Positions 1 to 10,362 are shown, numbered from the stretch's first letter. The stretch is DNA of 64,000 bases from Candidatus Latescibacterota bacterium (GCA_965261395.1 OZ253462.1:928001-992000); one strand, 5' to 3'. The notes: a model not told the origin generated them from the sequence alone. Numbers and translations are program-made.

Positions 1-47
1 AGCGATTGTTTCTGTCGCAACTCTTTTAGGTTGCGTCCTAAGGACAT
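1..47 (-). CDS. XRE/HTH_3-family transcriptional regulator, 5' fragment (runs off window)
   Basis: Manual translation from ATG at 47 gives MSLGRNLKELRQKQSL, the classic start of a Cro/C1-type HTH. AGGAG RBS lies just upstream. Divergent from the enolase-family gene. Confidence 0.7.
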   Translation of the reverse strand, partial: MSLGRNLKELRQKQS

Positions 48-168
48 GGGCTGCTCCTATAATGGGGATATAAAACACAGGGTATTTGATATGTAAATAA
101 TATGGCACGAAGCGGCTGATTTCCAAAATGGAAGGCGATAAAAACAAAACGTACACAAGGGGTTACGT

Positions 169-1221
169 ATGAAAATAACCGAAGTGCGGTCAATTTATCC
201 CCGCTATCGCGTCGCGCCTGCTGCTTGGCGCCGGCACTTCTGGCAGATGGTCGTACGCATAGATACGGATGTCGGCGTCAGCGGCTGGGGAGCGGGTGGC
301 GGTGGGATTGCTGCCGTAGAGGTGATCAACCGCCACCTGCGCGAGTTGCTGGTGGGGCGCAGCATCAACAGCATTGAAGATGTCGCCCATCTCTGGGACG
401 ACCAGTACAAGGCCAGCTTGCCCTACGGCCGCAGCGGGATCGCCGTCATGGCCATCAGCGGTGTGGATCTAGCGCTGTGGGATGTCTTGGGTCGGGCAGA
501 AGGAAAGTCCGTCTGCGACCTGCTAGGTGGTCCGCAGCGGGACGAGGTGCGGGCCTACGCCACTGGCCCAGATTGCGCTTGGTATCGCGACTTGGGCTTT
601 AGTGCCCATAAGTCTTCGCAGACGCGGCAAGGAAGCCAAGTCGCAGATGCGGCGCGCATACTTGAGTGGGCCGAAGGGGCGCGCCAGATCTTGGGCGGAG
701 ACGCGCTCTTGATGATCGACGCCTATATGTCGTGGTCGCCCGACTTTGCCTTGGCCGTAGCGCAGCAACTCGCGCCATTCGACATATACTGGTTTGAAGA
801 CGTGCTGCTGCCCGACGACCTAGGAGGTTTGGCGGCGTTGCGTCCGCAGATTCAACCCATCTTGTTGGCTGGCGGCGAACACGAATTCACCGCACGGGAC
901 TTCGGTCACATCGCCAGCGCGCGGGCACTGGACTTGTGGCAACCGGACATCACTTGGTGCGGTGGTTTGACGGCGACGCTGCGCATTGCCAAGCTCGCTC
1001 AAGCCCACGGCGTCCCCGTGGTGCCTCACCGCGGCGGCGAGATTTGGGGTCTGCACTTTTTGGCGGCTGGCTACGGCGACAATTTGGCCGAAATGGTGAT
1101 GGGCAGGCGCGGTGAGGTGCGCGACAAGCTGTGGCTAGGTGAGCGGCAACCGCAGGAGGGGTGCTTGGTACTGCCCGAGGGCCCGGGATTTGGCGTCCAA
1201 GTAAACGAGGAGCTGCTATAG
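169..1221 (+). CDS. Mandelate racemase/enolase superfamily protein (L-rhamnonate dehydratase-like)
   Basis: AISGVDLALWD capping motif. Metal ligands in MIDAY, WFED and GEHE; QPDITWCGG; VPH. Confidence 0.85.
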   Translation: MKITEVRSIYPRYRVAPAAWRRHFWQMVVRIDTDVGVSGWGAGGGGIAAVEVINRHLRELLVGRSINSIEDVAHLWDDQYKASLPYGRSGIAVMAISGVDLALWDVLGRAEGKSVCDLLGGPQRDEVRAYATGPDCAWYRDLGFSAHKSSQTRQGSQVADAARILEWAEGARQILGGDALLMIDAYMSWSPDFALAVAQQLAPFDIYWFEDVLLPDDLGGLAALRPQIQPILLAGGEHEFTARDFGHIASARALDLWQPDITWCGGLTATLRIAKLAQAHGVPVVPHRGGEIWGLHFLAAGYGDNLAEMVMGRRGEVRDKLWLGERQPQEGCLVLPEGPGFGVQVNEELL

Positions 1222-1257
1222 GTTTCTCTAGACGGCCTATCGTCGAGAATCCCGTCG

Positions 1258-1842
1258 CTACTCTTTAACAGCCAGAGATAATAGGTACGTCCCCCGCTGT
1301 TTAATCTTTTTGTAGTTGCCGAATACTTCCTTAAAATTGCGCTTGATGTACTCCTTGAGCCCGGCAATGGTGACGACCCACAGGTGTCCGCCCGGCTCGA
1401 GGCGGGCGCAGGCGTCGTGCATGATGAGCGTGAGGAGTTCGTTGCCTGTTTTCGCGGGCAAGTTGGAGGCGATGATGTCAAAGCGCAGGTGTGCGGGCAC
1501 GTGGCTGAAGGCATTGCTCAAATAGGCGCGACAATTGGTTAGCCCGTTGCGTTCGGCGTTTTGCGCCGCGTAGTCGACGGCGACAAAGTCCTTGTCGATC
1601 AGATGGACCTCGCCCTCGGGGCAGAGATAACCCAGAGACAAGCCAATCGGACCATATCCACATCCTAAGTCGAGGCAGCGGTCGGCAGGCCCGGCTTTGA
1701 TATGCTCGATGAGCAGCCGCGTACCAGGGTCAATGCGTTTGGGGTTGAAAAGGCCCCAAGTGGAGTGGAAGGTAAAAGCTCGCCCCCTGATGGTCTCTTC
1801 AAATACAATGTCTTCGCGCAGTCGGCTTATATCAACGGGCAT
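1258..1842 (-). CDS. Class I SAM methyltransferase, small MTS/RsmC-like
   Basis: GLFNPKRIDPGTRLL, LDLGCGYGPIG and SNLP motifs. Confidence 0.85.
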   Translation of the reverse strand: MPVDISRLREDIVFEETIRGRAFTFHSTWGLFNPKRIDPGTRLLIEHIKAGPADRCLDLGCGYGPIGLSLGYLCPEGEVHLIDKDFVAVDYAAQNAERNGLTNCRAYLSNAFSHVPAHLRFDIIASNLPAKTGNELLTLIMHDACARLEPGGHLWVVTIAGLKEYIKRNFKEVFGNYKKIKQRGTYLLSLAVKE

Positions 1843-1860
1843 CGAAAATCGCGGCTAGGC

Positions 1861-3885
1861 CTAGTAGGCCAAGCCCAGCGGCTGCTGGTGGCGGAAGGTT
1901 TTGAATTCCGACTTGAGGGCGATTTCCACCAGATACAGACCTGGTGCCAACAACTCACCGCCCGCGTCGCGGCCGTCCCATTGCACGGTTTGCGGCCCGG
2001 CACTTTGCATTCCGACTTCGCGACCGCCGACCCGGACGCCGCGCAAGTCGTAGATGTTGAAGGCCACGGGCACCGGGGCGGGCAAGCGGAACAAGGTGTA
2101 GCTGACGGCTAGCACATCATTGGCACCGTCTCCGTTGGGGGTCAAGACTTTGCTTGAAAAAGCTAGGTCTTCGATGGGTGTCCCGGCCTCTTGAGCGCCA
2201 CCCAAGACCCGCAGGCTGTTGGTGCTGACCTCGTCGGTGGCGTTGCCGGCCTCGATCTGCTGCGGCAGACTCGCCTCGCCCGTGTCGAAAACCTCGCCAG
2301 CGAACGTGTTGGCAAAGATGAAAACCTCTGTGCCGAAGACCAGTCGCACGGGTTCGTTGCGGTCGCGCGTGACGGACTGCGGCAGATGCACCACTAGTTC
2401 GTTGTCCCCCTCTATCACTTCGGTCGGTTCTACTACTTGAAGCGGCAGGCCCATCTCTAGTCGTTTCAAGTGGGGGCGACTACCCGTGCGGATCCGGATG
2501 GTGTCGAAGCCCGGCTGGCTCGCCGCGTCGAACTGGGCACGCACATCGTAGGTAAAGTCCGTCATCTCCCCTAAGTACACCTTGGTTAGACCACCATCGG
2601 GCGTCGGCTCATCGAAGCGGGCGACCTCGCCTAGGACTTGCGAGGCTAGCGGCGGTGCGGTCTCAACCCACAGCGAGTCGAGCCGCACGAAGTCGAAAAA
2701 GGAGTCGCTCTCGAAAGTGAGTCTTACTTGGATATGGTTGCCGCGCTCCAGCGGGGCGGGCTGTCCAGACTCAGCGAGGGGAAAAGACCAGAAGGTCCAG
2801 TTGTCTTGGTCGTAAATGATTGAGGCTCTAAGGCCAGGCTTACCCTCTTGGATCTGGCCGCCGGTAGTCTGGTCTGGTTGCTTGAGTTCGTTCTCGAAGC
2901 GCTTGCGAGAGACCGTCCGCTCGGCACCGGTGTCGGTAAACTCGTGATAGACGTTGGGGTCGTAGTCGCGGCCAGAGCGCACGGAGATCGCGACTCGGGC
3001 TTGGGCATCGTCAACGAGGGTAGGGACTCCATCGACCGTTCGCATGGGGGAGGCGTCCCAAAATAGACGCCCGAAATTCACCGTGCGGCCTAGGGGGATG
3101 ATCTTAGAGAGATAAAATACCCGCTTGGGCACCCCTTCGCCCTTGAGTTCGAACTCGCCGATGGTCCCCTGCTGGACATTGGCTTGGCCCGAGGCAAAGG
3201 TTTTGTCGTCGATAGATGGATTGCGCCGCAGGCGTATGAAACGCACGTACTGCTTGGGAATGTTGAGCTGGACATTGGCGTCGAAGTTGAGTGGCACATC
3301 GGCGACCAAGGTTTCTAGGCGGTGATAGTCGTTGTCGTTATTCTCTAGGTTGAGGACGGGGTCGAACTCCTCGGCGATCGAGACTTCAAATGCCTTGAAG
3401 ATATCGTCGCGCAGCAGTGTCCCGTCGGCGCGAAAACCGTGCGGAGGCGTGTAGAATCCAACCACGTCGGCCGGTACCGGGACTCCCACGTCGAAGGTGT
3501 ACCATTCCGAGTTGATGCCACGCGCCACCGGTGGGCTGTAAGAAGAGCTGTCGCCATCCACCCACTCGGTCGTCAGGGTTCCGGCCGTGAACCAATAAAA
3601 GCCGTTGGCCGCGCGCCAGACCCGCGGAATGAGGCCGTCTTCGTAACCCAAGGAGGTGGGAAACTTGAAGGGCGACCAAGAGGGGAGTCTGGAGAGAATA
3701 TTCTCCTCGCCGTCGAAGTAGGTCGGTGCTATTGAGCCGGGAAAGGTCTCGAAGTCGATAAAGACTTCGCTGCTGTCACTCTGACTCCAAGCTAAGCCTT
3801 GGCCGCCCAGCTTCCACAGCGAAACTTGGGCGGATGCTGGTGCTGTAGTCAGCGCGAGCGCGATGAGAATCGACCATTTATGCAC
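1861..3885 (-). CDS. Secreted protein with C-terminal FlgD Ig-like domain
   Basis: Probable GTG start at 3885 with GAGGAG RBS and a signal peptide (ILIALALTTAPASA-Q). C-terminus has TPNGDGAND...IYDLRG...WDGRDAGG...PGLY. Confidence 0.75.
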   Translation of the reverse strand: MHKWSILIALALTTAPASAQVSLWKLGGQGLAWSQSDSSEVFIDFETFPGSIAPTYFDGEENILSRLPSWSPFKFPTSLGYEDGLIPRVWRAANGFYWFTAGTLTTEWVDGDSSSYSPPVARGINSEWYTFDVGVPVPADVVGFYTPPHGFRADGTLLRDDIFKAFEVSIAEEFDPVLNLENNDNDYHRLETLVADVPLNFDANVQLNIPKQYVRFIRLRRNPSIDDKTFASGQANVQQGTIGEFELKGEGVPKRVFYLSKIIPLGRTVNFGRLFWDASPMRTVDGVPTLVDDAQARVAISVRSGRDYDPNVYHEFTDTGAERTVSRKRFENELKQPDQTTGGQIQEGKPGLRASIIYDQDNWTFWSFPLAESGQPAPLERGNHIQVRLTFESDSFFDFVRLDSLWVETAPPLASQVLGEVARFDEPTPDGGLTKVYLGEMTDFTYDVRAQFDAASQPGFDTIRIRTGSRPHLKRLEMGLPLQVVEPTEVIEGDNELVVHLPQSVTRDRNEPVRLVFGTEVFIFANTFAGEVFDTGEASLPQQIEAGNATDEVSTNSLRVLGGAQEAGTPIEDLAFSSKVLTPNGDGANDVLAVSYTLFRLPAPVPVAFNIYDLRGVRVGGREVGMQSAGPQTVQWDGRDAGGELLAPGLYLVEIALKSEFKTFRHQQPLGLAY

Positions 3886-4028
3886 TGTTTTGCTCCTCAA
3901 GCTAGTCGCCAATGTTGCCAGCGACTTTTTTACGTAGTCCAAGTTTTCACTTAATCTAATAAGGCTCGTATCTCAAGCTCAAGCTGGTAGGCGATATTTA
4001 GAGTACACGCAATCGTCCATTTTGCACT

Positions 4029-5150
4029 ATGACCAATAAAACTACGCGCGGGCCTCTGAGGTGGCTCCGCGGCGATATGCACAACCACTGCGAAGATCAG
4101 GACTTGGTCGCCGAGCATTTGGAAGGGGCGTGTAATACACTCGATTTTATCGCGCTGACCAACCACGCGCAAAAACCCGTCTTCTTTGAACAGCACCGCA
4201 TGATTGAGCAAGCGCGCCGCATCCTGCCGGGGTTCCCCATCTTCTTCGGGCTAGAGTGGAACGCGCCTAGGGGGGGCCACGCCGGGCTCGTCTTTCCGAT
4301 GGGCGAGCGCGAGGCTGAAAACGCCTATGCCTTCGCCGCCGCCCACGACCGGCTGGGGGCTGCGGCTCCTGTAGGTGTAGAAGCGGCGTTAGATCATCTG
4401 AGCGCGTTGCCAGCGGCAGAGCGCCCCATCCTCTTCTTCAACCACCCCGCTGCCGGCCAGTGGTCCACAGAGAGCATCAACCGCTATCTAGCCGCTGATC
4501 GGGCGGACCTCGTCGTTGGTATCGAAGCCTTGCACGGACACCAAGCTCACGCCAAAGTCGCTGCGATGGACCCGTGTGCCTATCCGGGGGGAGCCATCGG
4601 TGGTTTGGTTGACCAAGTGTACGCCTGCCTGCGGCCATTTTCCCTGCTGTTGAACTCTGATTTCCACGTCCACAAGCAATCGCATCAGCCCGATTATCCG
4701 CTAGGTGTCTTCAATCACGTCCAGGTCGGTGTGGAGGCCGGCCACCCCACCCCAGAAGCGATCTTCGCCAGCCTGCGCCGAGGGCGCACATGTGCCTCCC
4801 AAGGGCACTGGCTCGACTTCGGCGATTTCTCGGTCGATAGCCGTTTTATCGGCGACACTTGGAGGGGAGGGCCCGGTGTTTTGCGCGTTGCCTTTGAGGC
4901 AACCGAAGCGATCGAAAAGGCCGAGCTGATTGGCCAGTGGCAGCCAAACGCCGCGCCCGCCGTACTGGAGTGTCTGGGACCCCGGCCAACTGGGAGCTGC
5001 GAATGGATGCTGGAGATCCCACCTGATGCCCAAGGCTTCGTGCGCCTGCGCATAATCGCCGAGAGCCGTGCGCGCCCGGCTCCAGGACCGCCGGCCCCCA
5101 AACACTTTCTCACCTCGGCAATCCTCTTAGATGCCGGCCGCGGCTGTTAG
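4029..5150 (+). CDS. PHP-fold (CehA/McbA-like) metallohydrolase
   Basis: LRGDMHNH, LTNH, GLEWN, NHP and NSDFH metal-binding motifs. Confidence 0.75.
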   Translation: MTNKTTRGPLRWLRGDMHNHCEDQDLVAEHLEGACNTLDFIALTNHAQKPVFFEQHRMIEQARRILPGFPIFFGLEWNAPRGGHAGLVFPMGEREAENAYAFAAAHDRLGAAAPVGVEAALDHLSALPAAERPILFFNHPAAGQWSTESINRYLAADRADLVVGIEALHGHQAHAKVAAMDPCAYPGGAIGGLVDQVYACLRPFSLLLNSDFHVHKQSHQPDYPLGVFNHVQVGVEAGHPTPEAIFASLRRGRTCASQGHWLDFGDFSVDSRFIGDTWRGGPGVLRVAFEATEAIEKAELIGQWQPNAAPAVLECLGPRPTGSCEWMLEIPPDAQGFVRLRIIAESRARPAPGPPAPKHFLTSAILLDAGRGC

Positions 5151-5448
5151 GGGAGATCGTCAGGATTAGGCTCGTAGCTATCTAGCCCGAGGCGGCAATG
5201 TGCAACAATTGAACCACTAAGTCCGCTTCCCCTAGCTTCCCCAAACAACCGCATAACTACGCTCCTCTTTATGTTGTCACGTGAAGAGGTCGCCCATTTT
5301 TGCAGACGACCTCAAAAAACAATAAGTTGCGATACCCTGTTAATCGGGAATGTGGTGAGGTGACATACGGAATTTTTGTCATTAGGGTCTAATATCCCGC
5401 CGCCTGCGCGACTATTTCTGATAATGAGCTACCTTGAAGGGGATTTTC

Positions 5449-7767
5449 ATGCTGGCCTACCTGCTCTGTATGCTTCTCGCGGGTTCCGCCCTCCACGCCG
5501 AGTACCCCCCTGGTCAAGTCCTCTTAACCCCCAAGATCGACCTCCGCCTCGAACCGACGCCTGTTGAGGGTCTCCCCGACCGCACCCTCAATCTCCCCCC
5601 CGGCTTTAAGGCCAAACTCTTTTCCGACCAAGTAGATAAAGCCCGCTTTATGGCCTGGGACGACCAAGGCGTCCTACACGTGGCAAACATGAAGACTCAG
5701 GGAAGGAATCAATGGAGCCCGGCCTCCGGCCGCCAAAGCACGGTGTTGGCCTTGCCCGACAAAGACGGCGATGGCCGCGCCGACACCGTGTACAAGGCCG
5801 CTGACGACTTTCACTGGCCGCACAGCGTCGCTTTCTACCAAGGAGCGCTCTTCGTCGCCGATGACGATGCGATCTACCGCCTCGAAGACCGGGATTCGGA
5901 TGGCTTTTACGAGGAGCGCGCCGTCTTCGCCGAGGTGCCCGGTTTTATGGGCCGATCCTCTGAGCACGTAACCCATACGCTGGTTTTCGACGAATCCAAC
6001 GACAAGCTCTACTTCCACGTTGGCTCAGGTTGCGATCTGTGCCGCGAAGACGACCCCGAACGTTCCACGGTTCTACAGCTCAACACCGACGGCACGGGTC
6101 GGCGGATCTTTGCTTCTGGCCTGCGCAATGCCATCGGCCTCGACTTGCACCCGGTCACCGGTGAGCTGTGGGGTGCCGGTAATGGACACGACCGCGAGGG
6201 ACGAGACTGGCCGCCGGAGTGGATCACCCCCCTCCGCGACGGCGGCTTCTATGGTTGGCCGTTGGCTTACGCCTATCAGGTCTGGACTGATTTCTCCATT
6301 GATGCCTATCGACGGGCGATTTTCCCGCTGACCGACGCCGACTCGCTGTTGGTTGCCAGCATGGAGCGTCCGGCGGCCCTCGTGCCGGCCCATTTGGCAC
6401 CGATGGGGCTGCATTTCTACAAGCGCGATCAGTTTCCCCCTCAGTACAAACACGCCGCGTTTGTCGCCTTCCGCGCCGGTGTCTTGGGCAACGATCCGGG
6501 CTACAAGGTCATGGCGTTCTTTGCCGAGCCGGATGGGTCCAACGCCCGCATCGCCGATTTTCTCACCGGCTTCCGCCCCGACTCCAACAGCGATTCCTTC
6601 TGGGGGACGCCGGTAGGGCTGACCACTGACGAACAGGGCGTTCTCTACCTGACGAGTGATCGCTTCACGCAGGCGATCTTTCGCATCGAGGCCAGCCCCC
6701 TCCAGGGCACGTGGGAAAATCCCCCGCCCGACACCTTGCTCGCTGGAGCAGCGCTACCTTTGCGTTCGACGATTCACCTCCGGCGGCAGGTAGCAGATGC
6801 CGAGCCTGCTCAGCTAACGGCTAATCTGGCTGCATTAGGTGGCCCGGAGGCGTTGCCGTTGCAACGAATAGACGACCAGACCTATCGCTTGGAAGCCGAC
6901 CTCTCAGCCGGCGAGCACAACGGTCGCAAAAAGCTGGTGGTACATCTCACCCAAGGCGACGAGGCGACCAAGCTGGTGCATTCTATCGTCGTGCTGCCCA
7001 AAGAGGATCAAATCCTCTTTGCCGACGAGCTCGCTTGGGACCAAGGCGCGCTCTACAGCGCACAACTCGACCCGACCCATGCCGATACCGTCTTCGCCGG
7101 CCAGCGGGCGCTGCGGGTGGAAGCTCGAGGTTTTACCATTGAATTTCTGCCCCGTGCGCCGATCGCCAGCGTCGGCTACGCCGCGCTGCGCTTAGCCTTG
7201 CATCCCGGCACTGCCACCGGCGGCTTCCGGCCCTCCTTTGGTCTTGTCGCCAATGGCGACACCGGCCACCCGCTTAGCCTCATTGACCAAGTTGATCTGG
7301 ACTTGGACCAGTGGCAGACCGTCGAGATCGCCTTGGACAAACTGGTCTTCGGCGGCCCTATTGAGTCGCTGCGTCTAATCGGCAGCCTGCGCGGGACTTT
7401 CTACCTTGACGAAATCCGCTTGGTCGCCGCCCAGTCTTCTGGAGGTGCTACGGCGGTACAGGAAGAGGGCGACCGAGGCGGTGCGCCGCGAGAATTCGCC
7501 CTAGATCTGAACTATCCCAATCCGTTCAATAGCACCACAACCATCCGCTACCGCATCGAAGAGCCGGGACAGGTGCGCTTGGAAATTTTCGACGTACAGG
7601 GCCAGAAGATGAGGACGCTCGTCGACGGCTATGCAGGCCCAGGCGTTTACCAAGTTGAATGGGATGGAGCGGACGTCAGCGGGAACCCTGTGGCCACAGG
7701 CGTTTATCTAGCGCGCCTACAGAAGGGCAGCGCCTCCTTAGTCCACAAGATGCTGTTGCTCAAATAG
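5449..7767 (+). CDS. Secreted sorbosone/glucose dehydrogenase-like (GSDH beta-propeller) protein with C-terminal PNPFN/FlgD domain
   Basis: ATG at 5449 after AAGGGGA, then a signal peptide. Motifs DKDGDGRAD, GSGCD, GLRNAIG, GGFYGWP, AHLAPMGL and GTPVG. C-terminal NYPNPFNSTTTI...WDG...GVY. Confidence 0.8.
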   Translation: MLAYLLCMLLAGSALHAEYPPGQVLLTPKIDLRLEPTPVEGLPDRTLNLPPGFKAKLFSDQVDKARFMAWDDQGVLHVANMKTQGRNQWSPASGRQSTVLALPDKDGDGRADTVYKAADDFHWPHSVAFYQGALFVADDDAIYRLEDRDSDGFYEERAVFAEVPGFMGRSSEHVTHTLVFDESNDKLYFHVGSGCDLCREDDPERSTVLQLNTDGTGRRIFASGLRNAIGLDLHPVTGELWGAGNGHDREGRDWPPEWITPLRDGGFYGWPLAYAYQVWTDFSIDAYRRAIFPLTDADSLLVASMERPAALVPAHLAPMGLHFYKRDQFPPQYKHAAFVAFRAGVLGNDPGYKVMAFFAEPDGSNARIADFLTGFRPDSNSDSFWGTPVGLTTDEQGVLYLTSDRFTQAIFRIEASPLQGTWENPPPDTLLAGAALPLRSTIHLRRQVADAEPAQLTANLAALGGPEALPLQRIDDQTYRLEADLSAGEHNGRKKLVVHLTQGDEATKLVHSIVVLPKEDQILFADELAWDQGALYSAQLDPTHADTVFAGQRALRVEARGFTIEFLPRAPIASVGYAALRLALHPGTATGGFRPSFGLVANGDTGHPLSLIDQVDLDLDQWQTVEIALDKLVFGGPIESLRLIGSLRGTFYLDEIRLVAAQSSGGATAVQEEGDRGGAPREFALDLNYPNPFNSTTTIRYRIEEPGQVRLEIFDVQGQKMRTLVDGYAGPGVYQVEWDGADVSGNPVATGVYLARLQKGSASLVHKMLLLK

Positions 7768-7769
7768 TC

Positions 7770-8204
7770 ATGCAGCGCCTCAACCTGCCGGCCGCGACCT
7801 TTGATATCCGCCAAGTTGAAGGCAAGCGCGAGATACTCGACCCTTTGCGCCGCAAGTACGTGCGATTGACGCCCGAGGAGTGGGTGCGGCAGCACTTGGT
7901 GCAGTACCTAATATCGGATTTGGGCTACCCGCGCGGGTTGATCGCCATTGAGAAAAGCATCGACCTCCACGGCAAGCGATTTCGCGCCGATGTTATCGTC
8001 CACGACCGCGCGGGCGGTGCCGTGCTAATGGCCGAGTGCAAAGAGCCGGACGTTCCTATCAGCCAGCAGACCTTCGACCAAATTGCCGCGTACAATCGCG
8101 TGGTTCAGGCCCACTGTCTTTTGGTCACCAATGGCTTGGTCCACTACTGCTATGTCACCGATCTCGGCTTCCTCGACCGGGTGCCGCGTTACGACGAGTT
8201 GTGA
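7770..8204 (+). CDS. Stand-alone type I restriction HsdR N-terminal-like (HSDR_N_2) protein
   Basis: True start is probably ATG 7770 (MQRLNLP). Motifs RRKYVRLTPEEWVRQ, RADV...ECK, QIAAYN and VTNG. Confidence 0.8.
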   Translation: MQRLNLPAATFDIRQVEGKREILDPLRRKYVRLTPEEWVRQHLVQYLISDLGYPRGLIAIEKSIDLHGKRFRADVIVHDRAGGAVLMAECKEPDVPISQQTFDQIAAYNRVVQAHCLLVTNGLVHYCYVTDLGFLDRVPRYDEL

Positions 8205-8212
8205 ACGCTCCT

Positions 8213-9424
8213 TTAGCCGGCTTCCGCGCTCCAGAAATCCGACACCGCACCATCCCGCGCGATCATCCTCTCCAACGCCAATAAGTTCCGCATCACGCAC
8301 CGCGGATGGTGATAGTGTTCTTTTCGGGATACGTGGTCGGTGTAATTCACCTTCCGGTCTCCGCCATACAAATACAACGGGTACCCGTGCTGCTTGAGCG
8401 AAAACCGCTCTTCTACACAATCGAAAACTCGTCCAAACCACTCCGCGGCCCACTCCAATCCCGCGTGTTCCAACAGAATCAGACAGCCGATCAAGGCCTC
8501 TTCCTGCAACCAGAGCACCTTGTCGAAGGTAAAGGTGCCGTGTACGTGCATCGCGCGGAAAAGCCCACCATAGACGTCGTCCCAGGCCACTTCGAGGTGG
8601 CGGCGGAAGCGCGTGGCAGCCAGATCAAAGAGCGCACGATCTCTGCGGCGCATTGCCTCGGGCAGCAGCATCCACAGCGTCTCGATTGCGTGGCCTAGGT
8701 AGATAAAGTCCTCGTTGGGGTCGTCGGGCCGTCTATAATCGTGGTCTAGCGCCTCGTTCATCAGGCGGTATTCGGGATGCCAGAAGCGATGGACAATCGC
8801 ATCGACGACGCGGTCGGCGAGCGCTTCCAACTTGGGGTCGGCAACCTGTTCAAGTAGCTGTGTCAGTATCAGCACTAGCACCATCTGGTTGCCTAATATC
8901 CGCATCCCAGGATAGTTGTGCGGGATATACCCTTCCTCTGGGGAGCGCTCGGGATCGTCAAAAAAAGAAACCGATCGCCAGAGGCTAGCGATGGCGGTTT
9001 CGAGGGCCTCTGCGTCGCCGGTCGCCCGGGCGTAGGCCTGTAATCCTTCGGCGACGAAAAGGCCCTCGTAGCCCCGCTTCGTAGCCGGCGAGATGACCTG
9101 CCCCCGCCGATCTAATGCCGTTACCCAATTTCCTGCTTGGTCTCGGCCATGCGCGAGGAGAAAGTCGCGTGCCTTGCGCGCCACCTGCAGGTGTTCCTCC
9201 CCACCAAAGTGCTGGTATAGATACGAGTATGTCCACAGGCCGCGACCCTGATACCACATGTTCTTGCTGTCTTCTAGGCGAGTGCCGTCGTGATCTAGGG
9301 CGCAGGTAAACCCGCCTAGCTCGTGGTCTATGCCGTACCGAGACCAAAAGGGCAGATACTCCTCGAAGAGGTAATGCCGATAGTGGTCCCTGAAAGCGAT
9401 CAGGCTTTTCCCCGCTATATCCAT
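8213..9424 (-). CDS. AGE-family (N-acylglucosamine 2-epimerase-like) epimerase
   Basis: IDHELGGF, WYQGR, GHAIETLW, WDDVYGG, KVLWLQEE and YHHPR motifs. Confidence 0.85.
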   Translation of the reverse strand: MDIAGKSLIAFRDHYRHYLFEEYLPFWSRYGIDHELGGFTCALDHDGTRLEDSKNMWYQGRGLWTYSYLYQHFGGEEHLQVARKARDFLLAHGRDQAGNWVTALDRRGQVISPATKRGYEGLFVAEGLQAYARATGDAEALETAIASLWRSVSFFDDPERSPEEGYIPHNYPGMRILGNQMVLVLILTQLLEQVADPKLEALADRVVDAIVHRFWHPEYRLMNEALDHDYRRPDDPNEDFIYLGHAIETLWMLLPEAMRRRDRALFDLAATRFRRHLEVAWDDVYGGLFRAMHVHGTFTFDKVLWLQEEALIGCLILLEHAGLEWAAEWFGRVFDCVEERFSLKQHGYPLYLYGGDRKVNYTDHVSRKEHYHHPRCVMRNLLALERMIARDGAVSDFWSAEAG

Positions 9425-9439
9425 GTCGTTCTCCTAGAG

Positions 9440-10339
9440 CTAAGAGTCTGGATCGGTCTTAAAGCGGCCTTGGCCATCAATGTGCAAAGAAGCCCGCGTC
9501 TCCCCCTCTTCGTCGTAGAAGTCCAGCCGGGGGTTTCCGCCGGTCGGTAGGCCTAACCCGGCGCGGAAACGCTGCTCCTCGTCGAGAACTCCAAGCCAAG
9601 CGATTCCCTCTTCCAGTACCCCGACGATGGTGCGCGTGTGGCTGTCTTGGTCGCGCATTTCAAGCAGGGTCATGCCATCGGCTCGCACGCTCAATGTAGC
9701 GCGCACCTCGCCTTGGGCATCGTAGAGCTTGAGCGAGGGCACTTCTTCGTCTTCGAGGCCGCTTTGCAGCCGCATCCGTCCTTGGGCATCGAAGAAGCTC
9801 AGTCGCATAGCGCCGGCGTGACCGCTGCCTAGGCCGGCGCGGGGCCGTCCGGTCTCGTCGTAAAAAGCCAAACTGCCGGCCCCGTCCTCGCTCAGCGAAA
9901 GGCCCGCCCGCACTTCGCCCCGCTCGTCGTAGAGTTCCAGCAGAGGGGCCTTATCGCTCCCTAGCCGCAAGTCGGCCCGCACCTGTCCTTCTCGGTCGCG
10001 CAACTTAAGTCCATTGCTCAGCACGGCGGTAACTTCACCGTCGGCATCCCTCAACTCGAGCTCGCCGCCATTGGGCCCCTGCACCAGTTGAGCCAGTAGT
10101 TGGCGCTCGTCTCCACTCAATACAAAACGCCGTGCCTTCACCGTCCCCAGCCGCCAACGCGCAATGAGCAGCCCCAGCGAGACGAGCAGCGCCCCCCCAC
10201 TGGCCAAACCCACTAGATAGACGACGCGCTCCAACGCCTCCAAGTCCTTCCTCAGCGCCTCCCCTTCTAGGGGCTGAGCTCCGCCAAATGAGCTGAGCAG
10301 GACCAGCAATTGCACCGCCCTGAGCCAATGGATCGACAT
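9440..10339 (-). CDS. Hypothetical membrane-anchored protein with about 9 copies of a 23-aa beta-rich repeat
   Basis: N-terminal hydrophobic segments, then repeats of the form LxLYDxxGxxRAxLx. Confidence 0.7.
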   Translation of the reverse strand: MSIHWLRAVQLLVLLSSFGGAQPLEGEALRKDLEALERVVYLVGLASGGALLVSLGLLIARWRLGTVKARRFVLSGDERQLLAQLVQGPNGGELELRDADGEVTAVLSNGLKLRDREGQVRADLRLGSDKAPLLELYDERGEVRAGLSLSEDGAGSLAFYDETGRPRAGLGSGHAGAMRLSFFDAQGRMRLQSGLEDEEVPSLKLYDAQGEVRATLSVRADGMTLLEMRDQDSHTRTIVGVLEEGIAWLGVLDEEQRFRAGLGLPTGGNPRLDFYDEEGETRASLHIDGQGRFKTDPDS

Positions 10340-10362
10340 GTCGCAGTTTTCCGTTTTAGGTC

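Noticed and set aside
5286-5313. Hairpin GAGGTCG...CGACCTC as a terminator
   Set aside because: 14-nt loop, and the A/T tract is on the wrong side for either strand.
7770-8204. Stand-alone HsdR_N protein as part of a defence system
   Set aside because: Host-like GC and no hsdM/hsdS or other defence neighbours. This small family is commonly solitary in FCB-group genomes.
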